DNA from: Deinococcales bacterium
GTDB lineage: Bacteria; Deinococcota; Deinococci; Deinococcales; JAAFIG01
NCBI GenBank assembly: GCA_043778225.1
Contig: JAYWGM010000094.1
Coordinates: 1-64,000 of the forward strand
Length of the DNA stretch: 64,000 nucleotides
Direction: 5' to 3'
Positions 17,815 to 28,063 of the stretch are shown here, piece by piece (the first letter of the stretch is position 1; the number at the start of each line of letters is the position of its first letter). The notes beneath the pieces were generated by a model that made no database searches, was not told the DNA's origin, and worked only from the letters and a program-made list of their open reading frames with translations. Position numbers and translations under genes: made by a program.

Positions 17815-18165
17815 TTAGACCGATTCTAATAAAATCGGCATTGACAATTGGTACAACTCGAGCGCCACCAACACAGCCACCAGCAAAATCGGGTCTGGTC
17901 GCTCGAGAATCATGGCTTTGGGGGCTGTGCCAAGCCGAATGGCTTCTAGCAAGACACTTGAACTGCTGCTTGAGCCTTTGGTATAGGGCATCCGCACAAT
18001 TTTATTGCTTAGGCAGATGCCAAAACTTGGGTGTCGGGCATCAATAATTATTCCCGTAGCGCTGTCTAAACCACCCCAAAAAGAAAGAGGTTCGATAGAG
18101 ATTAGCTGACCCTCAATCGTGGTTGTTTTCTGGTTCAAAAGGTCAATCCCAGAAATTCGGGTCAT
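17815..18165 (-). CDS. Aconitase X swivel subunit (DUF126)
   Basis: PLSFWGGLD...GIIID..HP and KGSSSSSSVL; start set at MTRISG. Confidence 0.85.
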   Translation of the reverse strand: MTRISGIDLLNQKTTTIEGQLISIEPLSFWGGLDSATGIIIDARHPSFGICLSNKIVRMPYTKGSSSSSSVLLEAIRLGTAPKAMILERPDPILLVAVLVALELYQLSMPILLESV

Positions 18166-19393
18166 GCCACACCTCCCCGCGCACTGCTGATTGAACACAC
18201 TCGAGGGTGCTGCCAAAGGCAATCCCGATGCCGAGATTGGCTGGGGCGTAATATGCCATTTTGGCACTCGAGGTCATGACCACCTTGGCGGTTTTTTCTA
18301 GAATTGGCGCGAGGTAAACACAAGTATCAAGAATTAAAACAATGCCCGATGCAAGCAATGGCTCGAGTAAACCTTGCTGCTCGAGTTGGCTTTTGACATA
18401 GCGGTTGGTGTTGACAAAAAAATCGGTTTGTAGCTTTTGACCACGCAGCAACTCGAGCAGCCGTATAAATTCATCGAGCGAATAATGTGGTGTCCCCAAA
18501 CTGACCGCATCAAGCCGCGTGCCAACAGCCATGGTACTCAGTTCGGCTCGAGCTTGCTGCAACATCTGGCGACTGACTTTGACTTGGCGTAGCGGTGCTT
18601 GGTGCTGCAATGCCACCTCGAGACTGGGGGCTTCTGGGGTGATACCAACGGCGTGAAACATCGCCACCGCGCCACTTGAAGCGGCGGCTGCCCCAAAGGT
18701 TTTTAAGTCATCTGGACGGGTTTGTAAAGGTAAACCATGTAGCACTGGAATTTGGTCTCCACAATCCAGACCAACAAAATGACCCAACACAGCATAGGTG
18801 CTGTTGTCCTCAAACCAAGCAGTCTCGAGATGATAAACAATTTGTCCACGGCGATTTTCTGGGCAGTGCAAACCAACATAAGGCACACGAGCCGTCAGGG
18901 CAGCACAGATGTCAGTAAAATCGCCATAGCGGTTGGTACGCGCTCCCAAAAGCGAATTGGCAAAAACAATCGCATTTGATTCTGCCCAAGCGATTTGTTG
19001 ACCCAAATGCGGCTGACTGGGCAGTTGATACGGCGCACAAGTCCAAGTGGCATCGCAACCCAAGTCCAAATAGGCTTGCATTTGTTGCTCCATGGCGAGT
19101 CTGGTTTCTTCTGGGTAACGGTTGCGCTCTGGGTGCAAGAGATTGAGCGAAGCGACATTGAGGGTGGTCGGGATAGCCACTTTTGCCCCGAGGTTTTTTA
19201 AGTGCAGCACAAAGTCAAGGCTGGCTTGCCCGTGGTATAAACAGCCATCAATATGGGCTTGGCAAATTGGCTCGAGTCGAGTTGCCCCGAGCGTCTCGGC
19301 AAGTCGGCAGATTAAGCCCATCGCAAATGCCACTCCAGCCCCCTGTGCGCCATCGAGCATGGCTTGTTCATATGGCTCGAGATAGAAGCTCAT
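18143..19393 (-). CDS. Aconitase X catalytic subunit (DUF521)
   Basis: AHIDGCLY, TCAPY, WAESNA..FANS..GARTNR, LGTPH, DTC and SAKMAYY. Confidence 0.9.
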   Translation of the reverse strand: MSFYLEPYEQAMLDGAQGAGVAFAMGLICRLAETLGATRLEPICQAHIDGCLYHGQASLDFVLHLKNLGAKVAIPTTLNVASLNLLHPERNRYPEETRLAMEQQMQAYLDLGCDATWTCAPYQLPSQPHLGQQIAWAESNAIVFANSLLGARTNRYGDFTDICAALTARVPYVGLHCPENRRGQIVYHLETAWFEDNSTYAVLGHFVGLDCGDQIPVLHGLPLQTRPDDLKTFGAAAASSGAVAMFHAVGITPEAPSLEVALQHQAPLRQVKVSRQMLQQARAELSTMAVGTRLDAVSLGTPHYSLDEFIRLLELLRGQKLQTDFFVNTNRYVKSQLEQQGLLEPLLASGIVLILDTCVYLAPILEKTAKVVMTSSAKMAYYAPANLGIGIAFGSTLECVQSAVRGEVWHDPNFWD

Positions 19394-19598
19394 GATGAAT
19401 TCTAACAGTTTTTCTTGACTTCTCAGTAGCTCCTCGTGTAGCCTCGAGTTATGCAGCCCCCACAAATCACACTTCATGCTGCGGTTCGCGTCAAGCGCTC
19501 TAAAGCTGGCTAGAGAAAAGGTTAAAAAGTCAAAAGGTTAAAGGGTGAATTCACTTTCTCTTTTTCTCTATACTCGAGTTTTTTCTTGTGGGGTTTCT

Positions 19599-20810
19599 AT
19601 GCGTGTTTTATTGATTGGTGCGGGTGGCGTTGGTGGAGCGTTTGCAATTATTGCGGCGCGGCGGCAGTTTATTTCTAAGTTAATTGTGGCAGATTTTAAT
19701 TTGAGCAAAGCCCAAGTCGTGGCGGCAGATGCGGCTCGAGATGGTTTAGACAGCACCGCCGAAACCATCGATGCCAGTTCGTTTGAAAGTGTGCTGGCAG
19801 TGGCACAAAAACACAAGGTAGATGCGATTGTTAATCTCTGCGCCCCACTTTTTAATCCACCAATTTTTAGGGCAGCCTTTGAACTGGGGATTGTTTATTT
19901 GGATACCGCCGCCAACCTTTCAGAGCCGCATCCAACGGACCCATTTCATCAGCTTGGCAAAACGCTTGGTATTGACCAATTTGCAGCGCACGAGGCTTGG
20001 GTGGCTCGAGGGGCGCTCGGCATCACCAGCATTGGCGTTGAACCGGGCTTATCGGATGTCTTTGCACGCTATGCCGCCGACCATCTCTTCTCGAGCATCG
20101 AAGAAATAGGGGTACGAGACGGTGGAAATTTAACCATCGATGGCTTTGCTTTTGCGCCGACTTTTAACATCTGGACAATGCTCGAAGAATGCCTCAATCC
20201 ACCGATTCACTACGACAAAAAACGTGGCTGGTACACCTCTGAACCGATGAGCCACCTCGAGCTTTTTGATTTCCCCGCCGGTATTGGGTTGCTCGAGTGT
20301 GTGGCAGTCGAACACGAAGAAGTGTTGTTTATTCCGCGTTATATCGACGTGGAGCGCGTGAGCTTTAAGTATGGACTAGGCGCAGAATTTGTCGAGGTGC
20401 TAAAAACTTTGCACAAACTGGGCTTAGATTCGACCAAGAAAATTCAGTTTGATCATTTTGCAATTTCGCCACGCGATTTTGTGGCGGCTGCCCTGCCCGA
20501 CCCTGCCAAGTTGGGGAGCAGAATGCACGGCATCACCTGTGCCGGAACGCTGGTCAAAGGGATTGGTAAAAATGGGTTGCCTCGAGAAACTTACCTTTAT
20601 CATATCGCCGATAATGCCATCACCATGCGCGAGTACGGCTGCCAAGCGGTGGTTTGGCAAACCGCGATTAACCCAGTGATTGCGCTCGAGTTAATTTTTA
20701 ATGGCGCATGGCGTGGAACGGGTGTCTACTGTCCAGAGCATTTTGAGGCTCTGCCGTTCCTCGAGTTACTATCAGCTTACGGTGCGCCGCATCAAATTCA
20801 GGAACGCTAA
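19599..20810 (+). CDS. Saccharopine dehydrogenase family protein
   Basis: Rossmann IGAGGVG, GVEPGLSDVF and VEHEEV. Confidence 0.88.
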   Translation: MRVLLIGAGGVGGAFAIIAARRQFISKLIVADFNLSKAQVVAADAARDGLDSTAETIDASSFESVLAVAQKHKVDAIVNLCAPLFNPPIFRAAFELGIVYLDTAANLSEPHPTDPFHQLGKTLGIDQFAAHEAWVARGALGITSIGVEPGLSDVFARYAADHLFSSIEEIGVRDGGNLTIDGFAFAPTFNIWTMLEECLNPPIHYDKKRGWYTSEPMSHLELFDFPAGIGLLECVAVEHEEVLFIPRYIDVERVSFKYGLGAEFVEVLKTLHKLGLDSTKKIQFDHFAISPRDFVAAALPDPAKLGSRMHGITCAGTLVKGIGKNGLPRETYLYHIADNAITMREYGCQAVVWQTAINPVIALELIFNGAWRGTGVYCPEHFEALPFLELLSAYGAPHQIQER

Positions 20811-20861
20811 TACTGTAGCGACGAAGCGTTGCTCGAGACAGCATAAGCGTTTTTGCTCTAG

Positions 20862-21005
20862 GAAAAAACAATCAACATTGCATTTTTACGTAGTCGAGTC
20901 GTAACCATTATCTGCGCTCCTCAACTTAAAAGCACTCGAATTATCAGCATGAGAAAGGCGACTATTGATGAAGAAAAACTCCTCTTTGCCCAAATACAAC
21001 TCTAA
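20862..21005 (+). pseudogene. BrnT toxin remnant (5'-truncated)
   Basis: Frame encodes ...TRIISMRKATIDEEKL, the BrnT-type RIISxRKA motif, and overlaps brnA. In-frame TAG at 20859, no start codon. Confidence 0.65.
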
Positions 21006-21255
21006 GACCGATTGGACTCGAGTAGATGCCATGACCCCAACTCAAATAGACTTGAGTGATAACCCAGAAATGACCCCAGAATTATTTGCAACTGGAGTCT
21101 TAAAGCGTGGTGGGCTGGTGGTCGCTCGTCCTAAAGAACTGATTAGTCTGCGGGTGGATGCGGATGTTCTTGAGTGGTTCAAAAGCCGAGGTAAAGGTTA
21201 TCAATCCGAAATGAATGCGTTGCTTAAAGCCTACAAAGAAGTTCATACAAGCTAA
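20968..21255 (+). CDS. brnA: BrnA antitoxin family protein
   Basis: TDWTRV and ISLRVDADVLEWFKSRGKGYQSEMNALL. Confidence 0.88.
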   Translation: MKKNSSLPKYNSKTDWTRVDAMTPTQIDLSDNPEMTPELFATGVLKRGGLVVARPKELISLRVDADVLEWFKSRGKGYQSEMNALLKAYKEVHTS

Positions 21256-21285
21256 CTCGAGCAGCACAACGCCATCTACAAAAAA

Positions 21286-21312
21286 GCTCGAGCCAAAGCA
21301 GTTGGCTCGAGC
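21286..21312. terminator. Hairpin between convergent brnA and ftsZ, built from two CTCGAG
   Basis: GCTCGAGCCAA-agcag-TTGGCTCGAGC with a flanking A-tract on the left and a T-rich tract on the right. Confidence 0.65.
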
Positions 21313-21326
21313 CTCTTATTTTTGGT

Positions 21327-22412
21327 TTACCTTTTATTATCTTTATCCTGCCAACGCAAAAAGGTTGGAATCTCGTAAATGTCTGGTGAACTGTTCGGGT
21401 TGGGTATGACAGAAAATGGCTGGGTGAGCGGTGATTGCTGCCCGTTGCGAATAAAGTTGCCTAAACCGGGGGTGTCGTTAAAGCCGCTTGCCACCACTGT
21501 GACACGGATTTCATCGCCAGCGTTTTCGTCGTATGCCACACCAAACAGCACTTCGACGGTGTTTTGGTCAAAGCCAGTGGCTTCGGTAATCCGATTGACA
21601 ATTTCGTAGGTGTCTGAAAGCGTGACTTTTTCTTCGTGTCCCGTGATGTTAATTAAAATCTTTTTTGCACCTTCTATCGAGCGCTCGAGCAACGGCGAAT
21701 GAATCGCGCTCTTGACGGCATCTTCGATTAAGTTGTCGCCGTGTCCAGCCCCAATCCCCATCAGCACACTGCCCGCGTCTTTAAGTTGATTTTTGACATC
21801 GGCAAAGTCCACATTAATCATGCCGCTCGAGTTAATCACATCCGAAATACCTTTGATGCCAAAGTACAACACGCGGTCTGCCATTAAAAAAGCGTCTTTG
21901 AGCGATACTTTTTTGTCGGCGGCTTGAATCAGTTTTTCGTTGTTGACAATAATCATGCCATCCACGCGCTCGGAAAGTTTTTTGATGCCTTCTTCGGCAA
22001 CTCGCAAACGCTTGGGTCCTTCAAAACGAAATGGTCGGGTGACAATGGCGACCGTCAAAATACCCATTTCTCGAGCAATTTCGGCAACCACAGGAGCGCT
22101 GCCCGTACCCGTGCCGCCACCCATACCAGCCGTGATAAAGACCAAATCGGTATCTGCCAGATGTTCTTTGATGGTTTCGCGGTCTTCCTCGGCGGCTTTT
22201 TCGCCAACTTCTGGGTCTGCGCCCGCCCCTAAGCCTCGAGTAATTCTGTCGCCCATTTGAATGCGGTACTCTGCATGGCTTTTAGAAAGCACTTGTGCGT
22301 CGGTGTTGCCCGCGATAAATTCCACACCGTCCAAACCATTTTCGATCATGCGATTGACAGCGTTGTTTCCAGCGCCACCTAAGCCGATCACCCGAATTTT
22401 TGCTCCTAGCAC
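21327..22412 (-). CDS. ftsZ: Cell division protein FtsZ
   Basis: [19 protein letters not shown] and INVDFAD. Confidence 0.98.
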   Translation of the reverse strand: MLGAKIRVIGLGGAGNNAVNRMIENGLDGVEFIAGNTDAQVLSKSHAEYRIQMGDRITRGLGAGADPEVGEKAAEEDRETIKEHLADTDLVFITAGMGGGTGTGSAPVVAEIAREMGILTVAIVTRPFRFEGPKRLRVAEEGIKKLSERVDGMIIVNNEKLIQAADKKVSLKDAFLMADRVLYFGIKGISDVINSSGMINVDFADVKNQLKDAGSVLMGIGAGHGDNLIEDAVKSAIHSPLLERSIEGAKKILINITGHEEKVTLSDTYEIVNRITEATGFDQNTVEVLFGVAYDENAGDEIRVTVVASGFNDTPGLGNFIRNGQQSPLTQPFSVIPNPNSSPDIYEIPTFLRWQDKDNKR

Positions 22413-22468
22413 GATACGCCTCCCGAGCGCATCGAAGCGCGGGTTGAAATTTGAGTAGAAAAAACCAT

Positions 22469-23860
22469 TTAGAACCAGTCCTTGAAAAAACCACGTATTT
22501 TGTCCATCAGACCGGGCTTATCTTCGCTTGCCACCCGTTCGCGTTCTTGGATCGTCTCGAGTGTGCCTTCGGCACGTTCTAGGCGTGGCTCTAAACGCGC
22601 TTCGCTTCGGCTGTCCACACGGGCTGGCTCGAGTCGGATTGGTTCGGGCAGCAGCGTCTCTTCGGGGTGCGAATCCACCACATCCGAGCGAATTGCACCG
22701 CTTCCAGAGCCATGTTCCATGCCATACCAAATTAAGCCAACTACAGTGGCATGGGTCGGTGTCCCGATGAGACCATTTAAGCCGCCAGCCACAGGGCGGG
22801 GTTTACCAACTCGGACTGGTAACTTAAAGCGCTCACGGGCAAGTTCGACCACACCGCGCATCAGGGCAGTCCCGCCGGTCAAGACCACACCACCCGCGAT
22901 CAATTCGACTGGTCCAAGCACACTGTCTATTTCGGCTCGAGCCAAGTTAAAAATCTCGGCAACTCGAGGCTTGATAATACGGCTCAGGTCGTATGCCGAG
23001 ACACTTGGCACAACCCCGTTTTGGGTCAGTTCTAAATTCAGTTCTGGGTCGGCAAGTTCGGGTACAGCACTGCCGTATTTCTTTTTGACCCGCTCGGCTT
23101 CGTCGGCTGGAATTTTTAAGATTTGGGCTAAATCTTGGGTCACGTGTTCGCCACCAAGCGGCAAGACCGCACTGTGGGCAAGGTTGCCACGCCGAAAGAC
23201 CGCCACATCGGTTGTGCCGCCACCAATGTCTATCAGCACCGTGGTGGTGTCTTCCTCGACTGGCTCGAGGGTACTGAGTCCACTGGCATAGCCTTGTAGC
23301 ACCAAGCCATTGACATGAACCCCAGCTTGCGAGACACAGTGGCGCAGATTTGCCAAAGGTCCTTGTGAGCCAGTCACGATATGGACATCCACCTCGAGGC
23401 GAACGCCGTGCATTCCTAGGGGGTTTTTGATGCCTTCTTGACCATCCACGGTATATTCTTGAGGCAGAACATGAATCACTTCGCGGTTGGGGTCGAGCGG
23501 TACAGCTCTGGCATTTTCGACCGCGCGGTCAATGTCCGAACGGGCAATTTGTTGCCCTCGGCGAATCGCCGCTAAACCATGGCTGGTCAAAGCACTCAGA
23601 TGACCACCAGCCACGCCAACATAGACATCGCGCACCGACACCCCAGCCACCCGCTCGGCAGCACTGATGGCGGCTCTGATGCTGGCAGTTGCTCGCTCGA
23701 GATTGACCACCACACCGCGTTTTAAGCCTTCGGATGGCACTGTGCCTTCGCCGATAATATCGAGGATGTTATCCGAACCAACTTCACCGATAACAGTGGT
23801 GATTTTGGTACTGCCGATGTCCAAACCGACAATCAGCCGACTCTCTGTATTTGAGGTCAT
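22469..23860 (-). CDS. ftsA: Cell division protein FtsA
   Basis: VGLDIGSTK, IDIGGGTTD and VLTGG. Confidence 0.97.
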   Translation of the reverse strand: MTSNTESRLIVGLDIGSTKITTVIGEVGSDNILDIIGEGTVPSEGLKRGVVVNLERATASIRAAISAAERVAGVSVRDVYVGVAGGHLSALTSHGLAAIRRGQQIARSDIDRAVENARAVPLDPNREVIHVLPQEYTVDGQEGIKNPLGMHGVRLEVDVHIVTGSQGPLANLRHCVSQAGVHVNGLVLQGYASGLSTLEPVEEDTTTVLIDIGGGTTDVAVFRRGNLAHSAVLPLGGEHVTQDLAQILKIPADEAERVKKKYGSAVPELADPELNLELTQNGVVPSVSAYDLSRIIKPRVAEIFNLARAEIDSVLGPVELIAGGVVLTGGTALMRGVVELARERFKLPVRVGKPRPVAGGLNGLIGTPTHATVVGLIWYGMEHGSGSGAIRSDVVDSHPEETLLPEPIRLEPARVDSRSEARLEPRLERAEGTLETIQERERVASEDKPGLMDKIRGFFKDWF

Positions 23861-24483
23861 TGGACACTCACCCCCCATGTATAAACATTAACGCGCTTAC
23901 CTCGAGATTGCATAACCATCATTCTGACACTTTCCCCATGTTTCAGCAAACTGTCATGGGTTTGCGCCCAGATTTGCCCAGACTTAAAGCTCACCAAAAA
24001 CCCATTAGAATCAAATTTTACTCGAGTAGCGCCCATATCTTTTGCAGTTCGTGCCACCAAAAGGCTTTCAGCAAAACGGGCTTGGCTTTCGCCCTCGAGA
24101 ATGAGTGTGGCTTTTGCGCCTGGTAAAACCGTGCCATCTTCGGCAATCACGACTGTTTTACCTGTTTGTTTCCAAATAGCCAACGGCAGACGCTCGACCA
24201 ACCGAATCGTGATTTGCCCTGGAAAGCGTTTGACAATGCTGGCACGCAGCACCCACGGTTCGCGTTCAAGTGCCACGGCTCGAGCCGTTGAGACCCACAA
24301 CCACGGATTGCCTCGAGCCACACCCGCCATTTGTGCGACCTCTTTGGCAGCTAAATTCTTTGTGCCAGACACCAGCACTTGGTCAACTGGAAAGAAAAAC
24401 CAACTCGAGGCAAAAAGTACCACCACAATCACCCCAAGCGCAAAAAAAGAACGCCAGACGGTTTGTTTTATCGGATTAGTCAT
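23857..24483 (-). CDS. ftsQ: Cell division protein FtsQ/DivIB
   Basis: TM plus POTRA domain (PWV..ASIVKRFPGQITIRLVER.P); dcw position. Confidence 0.88.
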   Translation of the reverse strand: MTNPIKQTVWRSFFALGVIVVVLFASSWFFFPVDQVLVSGTKNLAAKEVAQMAGVARGNPWLWVSTARAVALEREPWVLRASIVKRFPGQITIRLVERLPLAIWKQTGKTVVIAEDGTVLPGAKATLILEGESQARFAESLLVARTAKDMGATRVKFDSNGFLVSFKSGQIWAQTHDSLLKHGESVRMMVMQSRGKRVNVYTWGVSVQ

Positions 24484-24504
24484 GCTGCCTCCCAGGCACA
24501 GTCA

Positions 24505-24586
24505 GGGTGAAAAGGTAAAAGGGTAAAAAGGTGAAAAGAAAAAAGCATCATACCTTTTACCTTTTCTACTTTTAACCTTTTGACCT
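24505..24586. repeat. Short tandem AAAAGG(T/G)-type repeats followed by their inverse complement
   Basis: gaaaaggtaaaagggtaaaaaggtgaaaag...ccttttaccttttctacttttaaccttttgacct. Confidence 0.8.
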
Positions 24587-25483
24587 TCATACCTTCCCCC
24601 AAATTTCAACTTCGCGCTCTAATGGTACACCCAAAGCGTTTTCAACTTGCTCGAGCAGTGCCAAGACATCGGTGGCAGTTGCGCCACCAAGATTGACGAT
24701 AAAATTACCATGCTCGAGTGAGACCATGGCGTTACCGACTTGTGTACCTTTTAAGCCAGCCAAATCTACCATTCGTCCAGCGCTGTTGCCAACGGGGTTT
24801 TTCCAAGCACAGCCAAAAGTGCGCCAGTGGGGTTGTCCTTTGCGGGCAGCGTCGGCAAGGTTCATGCGCTCTTGAACAATTTCGGGGGTTGTTTTCTCGA
24901 GTTTAAGTTTAACTTTGGTGACCACGCCAACGCCATTTTGACCTTGCGGTAGGCTCGAGTTGCGGTAGACAAAGCCGAGTTCTTGGGGCGTGTGGACTTT
25001 AGCAAGACCATCGGTCACGATTTCTAGCTCCGTGATGACATCTGCCATTTCGCCGTAACGTGTGCCAGCATTCATCCGGACTGCGCCGCCAATCTGGGCT
25101 GGCACACCCCAAAGCCCCTCGAGACCCGATAAACCAAGGCGCTGTAACTGGCGCACCAAACCTGGAATCGGTTTGGCTGCCCCGACCCAACCCGTAAAAA
25201 CATGGGTCTCGGTCTCGAGTTCTGGGGTTAAATCAGCTTGGCTGTATTCGCCACCCAACCGAATCACGCGCTCGGTCAAGCCCGCATCCGAGACAATTAA
25301 ATTGCTACCGCCACCCAAAACTTTATAGGGGGCTTTGGTCGCCTCGAGCAGTTGCGCCAAATTGTGGCAGACCCAAAGTTCAGCTTGTCCACCAACACCA
25401 AGGGTCGTAAACTGGGCTAAACGCACCACTCGAGGCAGACCTTTGGCGGTCGGACTTGGCATTACGCTACAGGCTTGGGTCAT
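24587..25483 (-). CDS. murB: UDP-N-acetylenolpyruvoylglucosamine reductase
   Basis: TTLGVGG, LGGGSN, GGAVRMNAG, HGNFIVN and LEREV. Confidence 0.95.
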   Translation of the reverse strand: MTQACSVMPSPTAKGLPRVVRLAQFTTLGVGGQAELWVCHNLAQLLEATKAPYKVLGGGSNLIVSDAGLTERVIRLGGEYSQADLTPELETETHVFTGWVGAAKPIPGLVRQLQRLGLSGLEGLWGVPAQIGGAVRMNAGTRYGEMADVITELEIVTDGLAKVHTPQELGFVYRNSSLPQGQNGVGVVTKVKLKLEKTTPEIVQERMNLADAARKGQPHWRTFGCAWKNPVGNSAGRMVDLAGLKGTQVGNAMVSLEHGNFIVNLGGATATDVLALLEQVENALGVPLEREVEIWGKV

Positions 25484-26850
25484 CGGGCAACCTCTGATAA
25501 GACTTCGCGCAGTACCTTGGTGACATCGCCAGCCCCCATGCTGACGATTAAATCGCCAGCTTGGGCAGTTTCTCGAATATGCTTTTTAACCGATGCCAAA
25601 TTTGGATAGTAGGTCACCTCGAGAAAACCTTGAGACTGCATTTTTTCGAGAATCCGCTGCGAATTAACCCCTTCAATTTGGCTTTCGCCAGCACTGTAAA
25701 TATCCAAAAGTAACACTTCGTGGGCATTTTGCAACACGGTCACGTATTTTTCCCAGTCTCTGGCGGTGCGAATCACGCGGTGTGGCTGAAAAATCACCCG
25801 CACCCGTTTATCGTAAGAAAGCGCCCCATAAATGGCGGCTTTGACTTTGGTTGGATTATGGGCGTAGTCGTCCACCAAGAGCGCTTTTTTGTATTCGCCC
25901 AAGACTTCCCAGCGCCGCCCAGCCCCACGAAAATTTGCCAGCGCCAGTGCGGCTTTTTCTAAATCCAAGCCCTCGAGATGCGCCACTGCCAAAGTTGCCA
26001 CGGCATTGAGGACATTGTGCGCCCCCGGCACAAGCAAGCGCACATCTACCAAAGGCAAGCCATGCAGGGTCAGGGTAAACGTCGGTTGTCCACCCTCGAG
26101 CTTGAGGTGACTGGCGCGGTAATCGCCACGCTCGATGCCATACGAAACCGCACCCTCGAGACAATCTTTAAGAATCTCCTCGAGAACCAGCCAATCGGCA
26201 CAGTAGACCACTTGTTTAGCATTGCCAGCAAATTCACAAAATGCCTGGTGCAAATCTGCCACACTGGCATGATAATTGTTGCGAACGTCGGCTTGGGACA
26301 GTGCCACATGGTCATCTTCGATGTTGGTGATGATTGCAATATCAGAATGCACTTTAGCAAAAAGCGGGTCGGACTCGTCTATTTCAGCAATAAAATGCAC
26401 CCCAGCCCCGACCTTAGCGTTGCCACCAATCGCCGCGACTTCGCCGCCAACAAAAGCCGTCGGGTCAGCGCCGCAATCCTCAAAAACAGTTGCTACCATC
26501 GCACTGGTACTGGTTTTTCCATGTGTCCCAGCCACCGAGATACCGCGTTTTAAGCGCATCAGGTCTGCTAACAATTCGATTCGCCGCAAAACCGTTTTAC
26601 CTTGTTCTCGAGCATACAGCACTTCGGGTTCATCGCTGTGGATACCCGTAGACAAAACCAGCGCATCCAAGTCTTGGGTCACGTGCAGCACCGAATGCCC
26701 ATGCGCCACTAAAATTCCAGCCGCCTCGAGTTCTCGAGTTTTTGGAAAAATATTTTTATCGCACCCAGAAACCTGATGCCCAAACGACTGCAAAATCAGG
26801 GCTAAACCGCTCATGCCGATTCCGCCAATGTCCATTAGATGGTAGTGCAT
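25480..26850 (-). CDS. murC: UDP-N-acetylmuramate-L-alanine ligase
   Basis: IGGIGMSG, GTHGKTSTS, EIDESD and DDYAHNP. Confidence 0.96.
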   Translation of the reverse strand: MHYHLMDIGGIGMSGLALILQSFGHQVSGCDKNIFPKTRELEAAGILVAHGHSVLHVTQDLDALVLSTGIHSDEPEVLYAREQGKTVLRRIELLADLMRLKRGISVAGTHGKTSTSAMVATVFEDCGADPTAFVGGEVAAIGGNAKVGAGVHFIAEIDESDPLFAKVHSDIAIITNIEDDHVALSQADVRNNYHASVADLHQAFCEFAGNAKQVVYCADWLVLEEILKDCLEGAVSYGIERGDYRASHLKLEGGQPTFTLTLHGLPLVDVRLLVPGAHNVLNAVATLAVAHLEGLDLEKAALALANFRGAGRRWEVLGEYKKALLVDDYAHNPTKVKAAIYGALSYDKRVRVIFQPHRVIRTARDWEKYVTVLQNAHEVLLLDIYSAGESQIEGVNSQRILEKMQSQGFLEVTYYPNLASVKKHIRETAQAGDLIVSMGAGDVTKVLREVLSEVAR

Positions 26851-26864
26851 GGCGCTCCCTTAGG

Positions 26865-26985
26865 GAAGGTAAAAAGGTAAAAAGCGACCCAGCCCGTGAG
26901 GTGCATCTTTAGGGTCAAGAAAGGTAAAAAGGCAAAAGAAGAACCTTTTAACCCTTTGACCCTTTGACCTTTTAACCCTTTTTTC
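26865..26985. repeat. AAAAGGT-type tandem repeats and inverse complement, interrupted by the micro-element
   Basis: aaggtaaaaaggtaaaaa[element]aaggtaaaaaggcaaaag...ccttttaaccctttgaccctttgaccttttaaccc. Confidence 0.8.
26884..26920 (-). mobile_element. 37-bp structured micro-element, copy 2
   Basis: Reverse complement tcttgaccctaaagatgcacctcacgggctgggtcgc, one mismatch to copy 1. Confidence 0.85.
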
Positions 26986-28060
26986 ATAATCCCTCGAGTA
27001 TCGCGTCTGCTAGGCGCTTGGCTGCGCCAACTGGACTGTTTTTTTGTACAACACTTCGCCACTCAGCGAGGTGAGCCGCATCCAAGCATGACAGCATACC
27101 GCTTACCAGCTTGCCGTCAATACCCAAAAGTTCGGCTTCTAGGTCCGGCTCGAGAACACATAAGCCAGCCCCCCGAGCTTCGAGGGCTTGGGCATTTTTG
27201 ACCTGATGGTTTTCTGCACTGCTGGGCAGTGGAATTAAAGCCAGTGGCACACCATGAAAAGCTGCGTCGGCAATCGTACTCATACCGGCTCTGGTAATCC
27301 CAAAATCAGCCGCCGAAAAAGCGGCTGCACCATCTATAAATTCGGCACACTTGTACCAAGGCAAGTGTTTGACCTGAGATGCAACTTCCTCGAGTCTGCC
27401 ACGCCCAGTCTGATGCAGCACTTGGGCATTTTTGCCTGTTAGAATTCGCTCGAGAAGCGGCGGCAGCAAGGTATTGAGGCGCACACTGCCCTGCGAGCCA
27501 CCCATCACCAGCACCGTGAATTTATCTGGCTCGAGATCAAACATGGCTCTTGCCTCGAGACGTAGCACAATGGTTTCGCGCACGGGCATACCGACCACCA
27601 CTGTTTTGGCGTTTTTCAGGTGGGTTTTTGTGGCGGCATCGGCTAAGGCAATCAGTTTGGCTCGAGTCGCAAAAAGCCGTGTCACCAAGCCCGGAAAAGC
27701 ATTGGCTTCGTGCATCGCCAGTGGCGTACCCGTGAAAAAAGCGCCCGCCATGCCGGGAAAACTGGCAAAGCCGCCAAACCCAACGACCAAATTTGGTTGA
27801 TATTGGCGCACCACTCGAGTTGCATCTAAAAAACCCATGCCCGCATTCCAGAGCGCTACTGGGTTTGGGCGCGAACGGTCTAATTTACCTGCCCGAACGC
27901 CAAAAAATTCAAGGGCTTCGTCTCGAGCCAGACGCTCTTCCATACCGCCAGACGCACCAATTAAGGCACTTTGTATGCCTCGAGTTTTGAGTTCTCGAGA
28001 TAGGGCTATGGCGGGGAAAATATGCCCAGCCGTGCCGCCTGCCGAAAGCAGAATTTTCAT
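26984..28060 (-). CDS. murG: Undecaprenyl-PP-MurNAc-pentapeptide GlcNAc transferase
   Basis: GGTAGHIFP, GFGGFAS, HEAN, GGSQG and HQVKNA. Confidence 0.96.
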   Translation of the reverse strand: MKILLSAGGTAGHIFPAIALSRELKTRGIQSALIGASGGMEERLARDEALEFFGVRAGKLDRSRPNPVALWNAGMGFLDATRVVRQYQPNLVVGFGGFASFPGMAGAFFTGTPLAMHEANAFPGLVTRLFATRAKLIALADAATKTHLKNAKTVVVGMPVRETIVLRLEARAMFDLEPDKFTVLVMGGSQGSVRLNTLLPPLLERILTGKNAQVLHQTGRGRLEEVASQVKHLPWYKCAEFIDGAAAFSAADFGITRAGMSTIADAAFHGVPLALIPLPSSAENHQVKNAQALEARGAGLCVLEPDLEAELLGIDGKLVSGMLSCLDAAHLAEWRSVVQKNSPVGAAKRLADAILEGL

Positions 28061-28063
28061 GCT

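Noticed and set aside
19394..19598. Riboswitch upstream of aconitase X
   Set aside because: acnX has TAGAAT 5 nt before its ATG (likely leaderless) and I found no convincing conserved structure.
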